Positions 22,299 through 31,509 of a stretch of DNA of 32,000 nt are shown in pieces (positions within the stretch are counted from its first letter, which is position 1; each line of letters begins with the position of its first letter). Position numbers and translations under genes: made by a program. Source of the DNA: Gemmata obscuriglobus (GTDB lineage Bacteria > Planctomycetota > Planctomycetia > Gemmatales > Gemmataceae); contig NZ_CP042911.1 in assembly GCF_008065095.1 (NCBI RefSeq), positions 1,950,001-1,982,000 on the forward strand, read 5' to 3'. The notes under the pieces were generated by a model that was not told where the DNA came from, ran no database searches, and saw nothing but the letters and a program-made list of their open reading frames with translations.

Positions 22299-23648
22299 GT
22301 GTCTGACGCATCGCCCGAACCAGCACCAGCCCCCGCTCCTGCTCCCGAACCGCTTCCCGCCCCCGAACCGCTCCGATTGCCTCCGCCCCCGTGGTGGTTC
22401 CCGGGGCTGGCGCTGGGGCTCGTCGCGGCCCTGGTCATGGGTCTCATAAGCCTGGTCGACGCGCCCGACGAGCACCCGAGCGGCGCGTACCGGGCCACCG
22501 CCCGGGTGCTGCTGCGCCCGGCGCCCGGCGAGCCCGCCGTGTCCGACGCCGAGCGGCAGCGGGCCGCGTTCCTGTTCCGCGACCGCGCCCTGCTCACCCG
22601 CGCGCTCGAAGCGCCCGACGCCGCGGACGGGTCTGCGGTCCTCGAACTGGAGCGCCGGCTCACCGTCGAAGCGGCCGACAGCGGCATCGTAACCGTGGCG
22701 CTGTTCGGCGACGCCCCGGACGAACTCGCGGCGGTACTCGACCGGATCGTGGCGCGGTTCGTCGAGGAACTGGCCACCCGCGACCACAAGACTCGCAACG
22801 AGCGGGTGAGCCAGCTCGAGCAAGTCGAATCCGCGTTGCAGTCGGAAATGAAATTGCAAGAGAAGACGCTGAAGGTGGTCTCCCACGCCAGCGGCGGGGA
22901 CGCGGCGCTCCGCGACCAACTCGTTCGGGCCGAAACGGACCTCGCGCGGGGCACGCCCGAGCGGCTGCTGCTCGAGCGCCGCGCCGAGGCGCTCAAGGCG
23001 CGCCGGGCGGACGGCGGGGCGCCGGACCCGGTCGAAGCGCTGCGGCTCGTGGACGCGGACCCGCGCGTGGCCCCGCTGCTGACCCAGCGCGCCACCGCGG
23101 CGGTGGCGCTGGAGAAGGAGCGGGCCGCGACCGCGAGCGAGGCATCGCTCAGAGACCTGCAAGCCAAACTGAACCAGGCCACGGCCGCACTCACGGCCGC
23201 GCGCCTGCCGGTGCGTAAGGAGGTTGACGCGCTTCTGCGCGAGGCCGACACGCACCGGGCGGCGAGCGAACTGGCCGATGTCGAGTTGCGGCTGGCGGTC
23301 GCCCGGGCCGCGCAAGAGGGGTTGCGGCAGGAATGCGACGGATTGCGCAAAGCGATCGCCGCGGCCCACGTGACCGGGGCCGCGGCCGAGAGCGTGCGCC
23401 GGGAGCTGGCGCCGCTCCAGCAGCACCTCGACAAGATCGGGGCGCAGCTCGCCCAACTGCGGGCCGACGGCTCGGCCGAAACCCCTCGCGCCCGCCCGGC
23501 CGGGCCGGCGGTGGTGGACCCCGTCCGCCGGCCGTGGCGCTGGGGGCTGGCGTTCGGCGCGGCGGCCCGGGCGTTCGGCGCCGCGTTCGTGCTGGCGACC
23601 GCGTTCCAGCTCACCGGGCTGGTGTTCCACGCGCTCCGCCCGCGGTAA
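22299..23648 (+). CDS. bitopic membrane protein with a long coiled-coil ectodomain (Wzz/GumC-like topology; function uncertain)
   Basis: The GTG at 22299 lies 9 nt after AGGAG. It has an N-terminal Pro-rich tract (PEPAPAPAPAPEPLPAPEPL), a transmembrane helix (LALGLVAALVMGLISLV), about 330 aa rich in A/E/R/L heptads, and a C-terminal transmembrane helix (WGLAFGAAARAFGAAFVLATAF). The tracked ORF from 20325 is an artefactual extension. Confidence 0.6.
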   Translation: MSDASPEPAPAPAPAPEPLPAPEPLRLPPPPWWFPGLALGLVAALVMGLISLVDAPDEHPSGAYRATARVLLRPAPGEPAVSDAERQRAAFLFRDRALLTRALEAPDAADGSAVLELERRLTVEAADSGIVTVALFGDAPDELAAVLDRIVARFVEELATRDHKTRNERVSQLEQVESALQSEMKLQEKTLKVVSHASGGDAALRDQLVRAETDLARGTPERLLLERRAEALKARRADGGAPDPVEALRLVDADPRVAPLLTQRATAAVALEKERAATASEASLRDLQAKLNQATAALTAARLPVRKEVDALLREADTHRAASELADVELRLAVARAAQEGLRQECDGLRKAIAAAHVTGAAAESVRRELAPLQQHLDKIGAQLAQLRADGSAETPRARPAGPAVVDPVRRPWRWGLAFGAAARAFGAAFVLATAFQLTGLVFHALRPR

Positions 23649-23663
23649 CGTTCGCGGGCGCGA

Positions 23664-26588
23664 TCAGCCGACGAAGACGCCGAGGTTCAGCGGGTCGCTG
23701 AGCGCCACCTCGGACAGTAGCGCGAGCGTCACCCCGTTGAAGGTGCGGAGCCGCCCGGAGCCGCCCGGGCCGGCGCCCACGAGCAGGTCGGCGGCCCCGT
23801 CCCCGTTGACGTCCCGCGCGCCCACCCGGGCCGCACCGGCGAACCCCGGGAACGCCAGGAACGACCGGATCTCGGCCCCGGTCGCCCCGCTGAACACCCG
23901 CACGTGTCCGTTGGCGTCCGCCCCCACAACGAGGTCGTCGGTCCCGTCCTTATCGACGTCGCCGGACGCCACGTTCACGCCCCCGGTGAACCCGGGGAAC
24001 GCCAGGAACGACCGGATCTCGGCCCCGGTCGCCCCGCTGAACACCTTCACGTGCCCGTTCGCACCGGCCCCGGTGATGATGTCGTCGAACCCGTCGTTGT
24101 TGATGTCGCCGGAGGACACCCGCACTTCGCCCGGGAAGCCCGGGTACGCGAGGAACGAGCGCACCTCGGCCCCGGTCTTGCCGTCGAACACCTTCACGTG
24201 CCCGTTGATGGTCGCCCCCACAATGACATCATCGAACCCGTCGTTGTTGATGTCGCCGGCCGCGACGTACACGCCGCCGGTGAAGCCCGCGAACGGGAAG
24301 AACGAGCGCACCTCGGCCCCGGTGCTACCGTCGAGCACCTTCACGTGCCCGTTCACGCCCGCCCCGACGACGACGTCGTTCACCCCGTCGCCGTTCACGT
24401 CACCGGACGCGGTGGTCACCCGGCCCTGGAACCCGGCGAACGGGGTGACGGTCGTGGAGGTGCCGTCCGCCCGGGTGATGACGACCACCGGCCCGGCCGC
24501 CACCGAGCCGGCGCCCGCGGTGTCGTTATCATTGACGCTCAACGTGGCGGTCGTCAGCGCCCCCAGCACGGCCCCGCCGGTCGGGGCGGAGAGCGCAAGG
24601 GTGACGGTCTCCAACCCTTCCGCAAGCGTGTCGTCGGTGAACGGGATGGTCAGCGTGGCGGCCGTCGCACCGTCCGGGAAGGTGACCGTGTACGGCCCGC
24701 TGGCGAAGTCCGTGCCCGCGGTCGCGGTGCCGCCCGTCACGGTTACGGTCACGGTCACCTCGCCGCTAGAACCGCCGGAGCGGAACAGGGTGACAACGGC
24801 CGCTCCGCCCTCGGTGGCGCTGAAGGTCGTGAGCCCGAACGAGATGGTGCCGGCCGGGGCGGCCGCCAGCGTCAGCCCGGCCAGGGCGGTCGCACCCGCC
24901 CCGACGCTGCCCAGGCTGGTGGCCTCGCCCGTCACCAGGTTGATGGCGTAGAGCCGCGTGACCCCGTTCACGGTCAGCGCGGCGTAGCCGGTGCCCGAAG
25001 TGACGGCTGTGTTGGACGTGCCCACGCGAACGCCGGCCGGGATGTCGAACCCGTTCACGTCGGTGAAGTCGATGGGCGCGCCGCCGACCGTGATCGGGAT
25101 CCGTGCCGTCTGGGTGCCGTTGTTGGGCGGGTTCTGGATGAACAGGCTGTCGCTGGCGGCGTCGAGCGTGTACTGGGTCGTAACCCCGCCGCTGAGGGGC
25201 TGGCCGAACGAGTTGGTGTACGCCGTCGCCGAGACACCGGTCGAGCCGGCCGGCAGGCCGATAATGGCACCGTCAACCGTGGCCGCCGCCGGCGCGCCGG
25301 TGTTCGGGTTCACGCGGAAGTTGAGCCCGGAGCCGGTCGTCACCCGGAGCCGGTCCACGGTCGGGTTGAAGTCGAGCCCGTAGCCCGCCGTCGCCGGCGG
25401 CAAGTCGACGCCGGAGAAGGTGATCGAGCTCGGAGTGCCCACCGCCGTCAGTGCGCCGGTCTGCGGGTCGATCAGGTAGAGGGTGGCGGTGTCGGCCGTG
25501 GCGTTGACACCTAGCCCGTACAACTGCCCGGTGGCGGGCCGGAAATCGATCCCTACCAGCACCTCGTTCGCGGCCAGCGAGCCGGTGCTGATGGCCTGTG
25601 TGGTGACGGTACCGGGCGACGCTGTGTTGAACCGCAGCAGTGAGGCTCCGTCGTCGCTCAGGGCGATTGCGGGAAACCCGCCCTGGTCGCTCTGGATCGC
25701 CAGCCCTTGAACGGCGGTCGCGCCGGTGCCCACGTTGCCGATCAGCGTGGCTTGGCCGTTGACCAAGTCGATGCTGTACAGGCCGGTCGTGCTGCCGTCG
25801 TTTAGAACCGCGAAGGCAGACCCTGCGGTGACAGCCGCGTTACTCGACGGGGCGTTTACGCCGGCCGGGATGTCGAACCCGTTGACCGCGGTGAAGTCGA
25901 GCGTCGACCCGCCCAGGGTGATCGTCTGGACGCTCACCTGGGTGCCGGCGTTAGGCGGGTTCTGGATGAACAGGCTGTTGCTGGTCGCGTCCAGCGTGTA
26001 CAGGGTAGTGATGCTGCCGTTATTGGGCTGGTTGTTGGTGTACCCGGCGGCATCCACGCTGGTGGTGCCGGTATTGACGGGGCCGTCGGGGTTAATACCG
26101 TTGCCGGCGTTGTTGTCGGTATCTACGCCGGCGCCGGTGTTCGGGTCGGCCCGGAAGTTGAGCGACCCGGCCACCACGCGGACGCGGTCCGCCGCCGGGT
26201 TGAAGTCGAACCCGTAGCCAACTGTGGCCGGGTCCGGCAGGTCGACGACGGTCGTGCCGTCGGTGGTGAACGCGATGCTGCCGGCGGTGCCGACGGCAGT
26301 GGCGACCCCGGTGCGGGTGGAAATGGCGTACAGGGTTGCGGTGTCGGCGGCGGCGTTAACTCCGAGCCCGTAGAGCAGGCCGTTCTGCGGGCGGAAGTCG
26401 ATCCCCACCAGCGTCTCGCTCCCGGTGACCCCTGTGATGGCGGTCGTTTGCGTGACCGTCGGGGCGGCGGTGTCGAAGGAGAGCAGGCTGGTCCCGCTCA
26501 GCGCGAACGCAGTCGCAGGTGTTGTGCGGTCCTCGAGGGATTCACAGTTCAGCCGAACCACATTCGGTGTACGGAGAGTGTGACGCAT
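23664..26588 (-). CDS. large surface protein: LEDRxTPA N-terminal motif, 2x DUF4394, Calx-beta, FG-GAP/VCBS beta-propeller repeats (974 aa)
   Basis: DUF4394 signatures occur twice (SLLSFDTA...ITGV..GETLVGIDFRP..G.LYGLGVN...LY.I...TG.AT.VG). The Calx-beta signature is EVTVTVTVTGGTATAGTDF...TLTIPFTDDTLAEGLETVTLAL. The C-terminus has repeated GD[VI]N[NG]DG.DD..VGA FG-GAP units. Confidence 0.85.
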   Translation of the reverse strand: MRHTLRTPNVVRLNCESLEDRTTPATAFALSGTSLLSFDTAAPTVTQTTAITGVTGSETLVGIDFRPQNGLLYGLGVNAAADTATLYAISTRTGVATAVGTAGSIAFTTDGTTVVDLPDPATVGYGFDFNPAADRVRVVAGSLNFRADPNTGAGVDTDNNAGNGINPDGPVNTGTTSVDAAGYTNNQPNNGSITTLYTLDATSNSLFIQNPPNAGTQVSVQTITLGGSTLDFTAVNGFDIPAGVNAPSSNAAVTAGSAFAVLNDGSTTGLYSIDLVNGQATLIGNVGTGATAVQGLAIQSDQGGFPAIALSDDGASLLRFNTASPGTVTTQAISTGSLAANEVLVGIDFRPATGQLYGLGVNATADTATLYLIDPQTGALTAVGTPSSITFSGVDLPPATAGYGLDFNPTVDRLRVTTGSGLNFRVNPNTGAPAAATVDGAIIGLPAGSTGVSATAYTNSFGQPLSGGVTTQYTLDAASDSLFIQNPPNNGTQTARIPITVGGAPIDFTDVNGFDIPAGVRVGTSNTAVTSGTGYAALTVNGVTRLYAINLVTGEATSLGSVGAGATALAGLTLAAAPAGTISFGLTTFSATEGGAAVVTLFRSGGSSGEVTVTVTVTGGTATAGTDFASGPYTVTFPDGATAATLTIPFTDDTLAEGLETVTLALSAPTGGAVLGALTTATLSVNDNDTAGAGSVAAGPVVVITRADGTSTTVTPFAGFQGRVTTASGDVNGDGVNDVVVGAGVNGHVKVLDGSTGAEVRSFFPFAGFTGGVYVAAGDINNDGFDDVIVGATINGHVKVFDGKTGAEVRSFLAYPGFPGEVRVSSGDINNDGFDDIITGAGANGHVKVFSGATGAEIRSFLAFPGFTGGVNVASGDVDKDGTDDLVVGADANGHVRVFSGATGAEIRSFLAFPGFAGAARVGARDVNGDGAADLLVGAGPGGSGRLRTFNGVTLALLSEVALSDPLNLGVFVG

Positions 26589-26770
26589 AACGGCTCTCGG
26601 GGATAGTCGTGGTGCAACCGAACATCGCGCCGCGCAAATCTAGCGCGATGTTGGCTCTTGTATACAGAGAGGTTCGAGCGAACAGAAACCGAAAATGAAT
26701 AGATGGGTAAAATAGCGAGGATAGCCATCCCAACAATCGTCCCGGTCCAAGGAACAGAACGATACAACGG

Positions 26771-26803
26771 CCGCGGGCGGCGCAATCGTTGCGCCGCCCG
26801 CGG
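26771..26803 (-). terminator. stem-loop terminator candidate after the 734-aa DUF4394 gene
   Basis: It has a perfect 15-bp GC-rich stem (ccgcgggcggcgcaa / ttgcgccgcccgcgg) with a 3-nt loop, 17 nt past the stop. On the minus strand it is followed by the T-containing GTTGTATCGTTCTGTT. Confidence 0.5.
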
Positions 26804-26819
26804 TGGTGCCATTGGGTGA

Positions 26820-29024
26820 TCAGCCAATGAACGCCCCGCCGGGGAACTCGACTCCGAACGCGAGGAAGCTGTTGATCTCCTTGCCGCTGGAGCCGTCGAA
26901 CACCTTCGTTTGGTCGGTGAAATCGGCCGCGCTCACGAGCACGTCCGGGATGCCGTCCCGGTTCACGTCCCGGGTCGCGACGTTCACCCCGCCCCCGAAC
27001 ACCATCGGGAACGCGTAGGTGCTGCGCATCTCGTCGCCGTTCCGACCGTTGAACACCTTCACCTGCGCCCCGCCCCGCGCGGTGCCGGTGACGATGTCGT
27101 CCAGCCCGTCGCCGTCGATGTCCCCGGTCGCCACGGTGACCCCGTTCACGAACCCGCGGTACGCGACGAAATTGTACAGCGTGGCGCCACTCTTCAGGTC
27201 GATCGCCTTCACGTTGCTGATGCCGCCCCCGGACCCGGCCACGAGGTCCGCCTTGCCGTCGCCGTTCACGTCCCCGGCGGCCAGCGTCACGCCGGTCAGC
27301 GACCCCGCGAACGCGTAGAAGTTGAGCCCCTCCGTGCCGGTGGCGCCGTCGTACACCTTGACGTGCGTCGAGCCGGTCGCGGTGCCGACGAGGATCTCCG
27401 CCTTGCCGTCGCCGTTCACGTCCCCGGCCGCGATGTTGATCCCGAGGAAGTACCAGGACGGGTCGAAGGCGTTGAAGCTGTACAGTTCCGCCCCGGTCGC
27501 ACCGGAGAACACCTTCACGTGCGACAGGAACAGCCCGGGGGCGGTGATGACGTCCTGCACCCCGTCGCCGTCTACGTCCGCGGTGGCGACTTTCACGCCC
27601 GCGTTCATCGTCGGGCCGTAGGGCATGAACCCGCCCCGCGGGGTGCCGTCGGCGTTGAGCAGGTACACCAGTCCGGTCCCGACCCCGGAGCCGACCGCGA
27701 CGAAGGGCTCCGAACTCGACCCGACCGGCATCGGCGCCGGACCGCCGCTGTCTTTGACGGTCACCACGGCCGTGCCCTGTTCGCCGACGGCGCCCGCCGA
27801 CGGCGTCGAAAGCATGAGCGTGATGGTTTCGTCCGATTCCGCCACACCGTCGTCGGTGATCGGAATGTTCAGCGTGGCGGTGTCCGAGCCGGCCGCAAAC
27901 GTGACGACATACGATACGCCGACAACGGACAGCGCGTCTGCCGACGTTACGCCGGTGAAGTCAACGCCCTCGGTGGCGGTACCACCGGTAACGAGCACCG
28001 ACACGGTCAGCTCGGCGCTCAAATCGCCGGTGCGAGTGAGGGTGACTTCCGCAACCCGGCCCGCTTCGGTCGCGGTGAACTCCGCACTCGCGAACTCGAC
28101 CTCGGCCATCTGCACGATCGTGCTGCTCAGCACCAGACTCCGGGTGCCGGCCGGAGCGGCGCCGATCTCGGTCGCGGCTCCCGTGGCGAGATCGATCTCG
28201 TAAACCTGGGTGGTGCCGCCGACGACCAGTGCGGCCACGGCCTTACCGGTCGCCGGAGTCCCGGGTTCGGTGACGCTGATGTCGCCGGGGATGTCGAACC
28301 CCTTCACCGCGGTGAAGTCGAGCGGGGCACCGTCAAGGGTGACCGCGAGTTGGCCGCTCTGGGTGCCGCTGTTGCCGCTCCCCTGGATGAAGAGCGAGTT
28401 GCTGGCAACGTCGAGCGTGTACTGCGTGACCGGAGCACCGGGCGCGGCGGTCGTGTAAGCGGTGCCCGAAACGCCGGTGGAGCCGGAGGGCAGGCCGTTG
28501 ACGGCGCCGTCGGGGTTGGTGCCGGCAACGCTCCCCGCCAGCCCGTTGTTGCCATCAATCGCCGCGCCGGTTGCGGGGTCAACCCGGAACGTCAGCCCGG
28601 TTCCGGTGACGACGCGGAGCTGGTCCGCGGCCGGGTCGAAGCTCACGCCGTAGTTCGCGGACGCCGGCGCCGGCAGTTCGACCGGGTTGTCCGAGGCGTC
28701 CGAGAACGCGATCGTCCCGGCGGTCCCGACCGCTGTCGCGGCTCCGCTTTCGAGGGAAATGGTGTAGAGGGTGGCGGTGTCGGTGGCGGCGTTGACGCCG
28801 AGCCCGTACAGCAGGCCGTCCGCGGCCCGGAAGTCAATGCCCACCAGCGTCTCACCGGTGGCAACCCCGGTAACCGCAGTGGAGGTCACGCTATCCGCGT
28901 TGGTGGTGTCGAACGCCAGCAGGCTGGCCCCGCTGAGCGCGTACGCTGCCGCCGGTGTAGCCCGGTCTTCCAGGGTCTCGCAGCCGAGTCGAACGCCCGC
29001 GACGGCTCGTAGTGATGCGCTCAT
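26820..29024 (-). CDS. large surface protein: LEDRxTPA N-terminal motif, DUF4394, Calx-beta, FG-GAP repeats (734 aa); paralogue of 23664-26588
   Basis: The N-terminus VRLGCETLEDRATPAAAYALSGASLLAFDT parallels that of the neighbouring gene. The Calx-beta signature is ELTVSVLVTGGTATEGVDF...LNIPITDDGVAESDETITLML. It has GDVNGDGKAD / GDIDGDGLDD repeats. Confidence 0.85.
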   Translation of the reverse strand: MSASLRAVAGVRLGCETLEDRATPAAAYALSGASLLAFDTTNADSVTSTAVTGVATGETLVGIDFRAADGLLYGLGVNAATDTATLYTISLESGAATAVGTAGTIAFSDASDNPVELPAPASANYGVSFDPAADQLRVVTGTGLTFRVDPATGAAIDGNNGLAGSVAGTNPDGAVNGLPSGSTGVSGTAYTTAAPGAPVTQYTLDVASNSLFIQGSGNSGTQSGQLAVTLDGAPLDFTAVKGFDIPGDISVTEPGTPATGKAVAALVVGGTTQVYEIDLATGAATEIGAAPAGTRSLVLSSTIVQMAEVEFASAEFTATEAGRVAEVTLTRTGDLSAELTVSVLVTGGTATEGVDFTGVTSADALSVVGVSYVVTFAAGSDTATLNIPITDDGVAESDETITLMLSTPSAGAVGEQGTAVVTVKDSGGPAPMPVGSSSEPFVAVGSGVGTGLVYLLNADGTPRGGFMPYGPTMNAGVKVATADVDGDGVQDVITAPGLFLSHVKVFSGATGAELYSFNAFDPSWYFLGINIAAGDVNGDGKAEILVGTATGSTHVKVYDGATGTEGLNFYAFAGSLTGVTLAAGDVNGDGKADLVAGSGGGISNVKAIDLKSGATLYNFVAYRGFVNGVTVATGDIDGDGLDDIVTGTARGGAQVKVFNGRNGDEMRSTYAFPMVFGGGVNVATRDVNRDGIPDVLVSAADFTDQTKVFDGSSGKEINSFLAFGVEFPGGAFIG

Positions 29025-29402
29025 GACACCCTCTATGGGAACGGGAATTTGTCATGTGTAATCGGAAGAACCGTTCTAAATCCCCACACGAGTTCGGAGT
29101 TTTTTCGGAATTCGCTGAAGAACGTGAGACGCGGCGCAGAAGGGTAGAGAACCTGGGAGGGATCAAATTTACGCAGTTTACCGCAGAGCACCTCAGAAAC
29201 CACAAACCCGGTTCAACGATCACCTAAGCGGCACGCAGTAACTCTTTGCTTTCCAGCTTCTTCGTAACTTAATCGAGTGGCCCACGTTGCCCATAGTGAG
29301 ACCTTGCGCGACCCTGAGATGGGAACTGTACTGTGCGTCAAGGTGCGTGCTTGCGTAGCCGTTTGCCTACTTTGTGCCGCCATTTCTGCAACGGAATCCG
29401 TC

Positions 29403-30014
29403 ATGATTCGCTTGGTGCTCGGAAGCCGGAACAAGAAGAAGTTGAAGGAGATGGTTGCCCTGCTCGGCTACCTTCCCCTGGACCTGACCGACCTGACGCC
29501 GTACCCGGACGCGCCGGAGGTCGAAGAGACGGCCGACACGTTCGTCGGGAACGCGGCCCTCAAGGCGACACAACTCGCGCCGGTGCTGGGCGCATGGGTG
29601 ATCGGCGAGGACAGCGGGCTGTGCGTCCCCGCGCTGGGCGGCGCGCCTGGCGTGTACTCGGCGCGCTACGCGGGAACCCACGGCGACGACCAGGCCAACA
29701 ACGACAAGCTGCTACGCGAGATGGCGCACCTCGGTGGCGCGGACCGGGCGGCGTATTACGTGAGCACCGCGGTGCTCGCTGACCCTACTGGCAAAGTCAT
29801 TGCATCGGTCGAGGGCCGGTGCCACGGGGCCATTGTGGAGGAGCGCCGCGGGGCGGGCGGGTTCGGTTACGACCCGCTGTTCCTGGTGCCGGAGTACGGG
29901 AAGACGTTCGGGGAGTTGCCGCCGGAGGTGAAGCAGCAGATGAGCCACCGGGCGAAGGCGTTCGCGGAGCTACGCCCGGTGATGGAGCGGTTGGTCAAGG
30001 GCGAACTGTCGTAG
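29403..30014 (+). CDS. rdgB: RdgB/HAM1 family non-canonical purine NTP pyrophosphatase
   Basis: It contains MIRLVLGSRNKKKLKEM, EETADTFVGNAALKA, EDSGLCVPALGGAPGVYSARY, GFGYDPLF and MSHRAKA, which are the canonical family motifs. Confidence 0.85.
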   Translation: MIRLVLGSRNKKKLKEMVALLGYLPLDLTDLTPYPDAPEVEETADTFVGNAALKATQLAPVLGAWVIGEDSGLCVPALGGAPGVYSARYAGTHGDDQANNDKLLREMAHLGGADRAAYYVSTAVLADPTGKVIASVEGRCHGAIVEERRGAGGFGYDPLFLVPEYGKTFGELPPEVKQQMSHRAKAFAELRPVMERLVKGELS

Positions 30015-30035
30015 CGGCGCGGGGCACGTCGGCAG

Positions 30036-30587
30036 TCAGTCGTTCGGCCGCCGGCCCGCGGGCAGTTTCATTTCCCCGAGTTCGTTGAGCTTCTTGAGTT
30101 CGGCGCGGACGCGATCGTTTTCGGCGACCTTCCCGGTTGTGGGAATCGCGGCCTTCAGATCGCGCACGTCCTGTACAAGTGCGGCGTGGGTCTCAAGCAA
30201 CTTCCGCTCGCTCGGCGACCCCGGGGTGACGAGCCGGTTCCCGTCCGCGAGCGTCGGGAGTAGCGCGTCGCGAACCACGTTGTGGAACAGGCCGGTGAGT
30301 TCGGCCACCCGTTCGGCCTCTTGCCTGTCGGCGGCGTGCTGTGCGGCGCTCGCGAGCACCCTGGCGGCTTTGTGGCACTGTTGCGCCCGGTCTTCGGGCG
30401 TGTCCGCGCGGGATAACTGGACCCCGTGGTCCACGAGGTTGTCGATCAGCGTGCCGTTCGCTTTGAGGAGCCGGAGCTGGTCGGCGGGGCTCAGCGGCGC
30501 CGGAGCGGCCCCCGGGCCTTGCGCGCCGGCCCACGCCGCGAGAGCGACGAACACGGCGGTGATGTACGCCCAGCGGGCCATCGTCAT
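30036..30587 (-). CDS. secreted alpha-helical hypothetical protein, translationally coupled to the anti-sigma gene
   Basis: The N-terminus MTMARWAYITAVFVALAAWAGAQG looks like a signal peptide. Its start overlaps the upstream stop in an ATGA overlap at 30584-30587. AAGGGGAG lies upstream. Confidence 0.6.
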   Translation of the reverse strand: MTMARWAYITAVFVALAAWAGAQGPGAAPAPLSPADQLRLLKANGTLIDNLVDHGVQLSRADTPEDRAQQCHKAARVLASAAQHAADRQEAERVAELTGLFHNVVRDALLPTLADGNRLVTPGSPSERKLLETHAALVQDVRDLKAAIPTTGKVAENDRVRAELKKLNELGEMKLPAGRRPND

Positions 30588-31387
30588 CTCCCCTTGGCGA
30601 GCGACAGCTCCCGCGCGCCTTCGCGGGCCGTGTCCGCCATCCGCTTGAGTGTCGGTTGCGCGTCCTGCGGGGCCTCGGTTGCCAGCTTGTCCGCCTCGGC
30701 CGCGTCCGCCTCCAGGCGGCCTTTCAGGTTGTCGAGCAGGCGCCGCTTCTCGCCGGCGTCCATGTGAAGGGGCAGCTCCTTGACCTGCCGCACCATGCCG
30801 TCCTTCACCACTTTATCGTACCACCGGGCGAAGTCTTTCAGCTCCGCGGACGGGGCGATCCGGGCCATGCCGCGGGTCTCCCCGGCGAGGTCCTCGGCCA
30901 TCCCGCCGAGCACCTCGAGCCGCTTGGCGGGGCCGTCCGCGCGTGTCAGCGCCACGTCGCGGGCCACCATCTTCCGCAGGAGCGGGTGCTCGTGCGACTC
31001 CACGAACTCGTGCGGTACGGTTCGCGGCCGGGTGCCGTACCACACGAGCCCGACCGTGATCAGCACCGCGGCCGCCAGCCCGCCGATGGAGGACGGGTGC
31101 TCACGCGCGAGCCGCGCCAGCGGGGCCACAACGCTCGGGCGCGGCGCCGGCGCGACCATCGGCCGGATGACCGGGTCGGCGGCCATCAGCTCGCCGATGA
31201 GCGCCTCTTTCCGGTCGCGGGGGGCGGACGGCACGGGCAACCGCTTGAGCATCGACTCGAGCCGCGCGGCGCGCTGCGCCCAACCCTGGCACGCTTCGCA
31301 CGTGCTGACGTGCGCGAGCAGCGACGGCGGCAGGTGCCGCGGGTCTGCCAGGGCGATGATCTGGTTCTGAACGGCCTGACAGTTCAT
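30584..31387 (-). CDS. anti-sigma factor (zf-HC2 type) with a single transmembrane segment
   Basis: The N-terminus MNCQAVQNQIIALAD...HVSTCEACQGW shows the H-x3-C-x2-C putative zinc-finger anti-sigma motif. A transmembrane helix (IGGLAAAVLITVGLVWY) is present. It lies directly downstream of the ECF sigma gene. Confidence 0.7.
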   Translation of the reverse strand: MNCQAVQNQIIALADPRHLPPSLLAHVSTCEACQGWAQRAARLESMLKRLPVPSAPRDRKEALIGELMAADPVIRPMVAPAPRPSVVAPLARLAREHPSSIGGLAAAVLITVGLVWYGTRPRTVPHEFVESHEHPLLRKMVARDVALTRADGPAKRLEVLGGMAEDLAGETRGMARIAPSAELKDFARWYDKVVKDGMVRQVKELPLHMDAGEKRRLLDNLKGRLEADAAEADKLATEAPQDAQPTLKRMADTAREGARELSLAKGR

Positions 31388-31509
31388 CTCGACACCAAGG
31401 ACAGCACAGCCGCAAAAAAGCACACAAGGGCGACGGAATGAATGATGTTAATTAGTAACACTGTTCGTCGCCTGGCGTTCGACTTTTGTGCATTTCGCGG
31501 CCGCTACTT

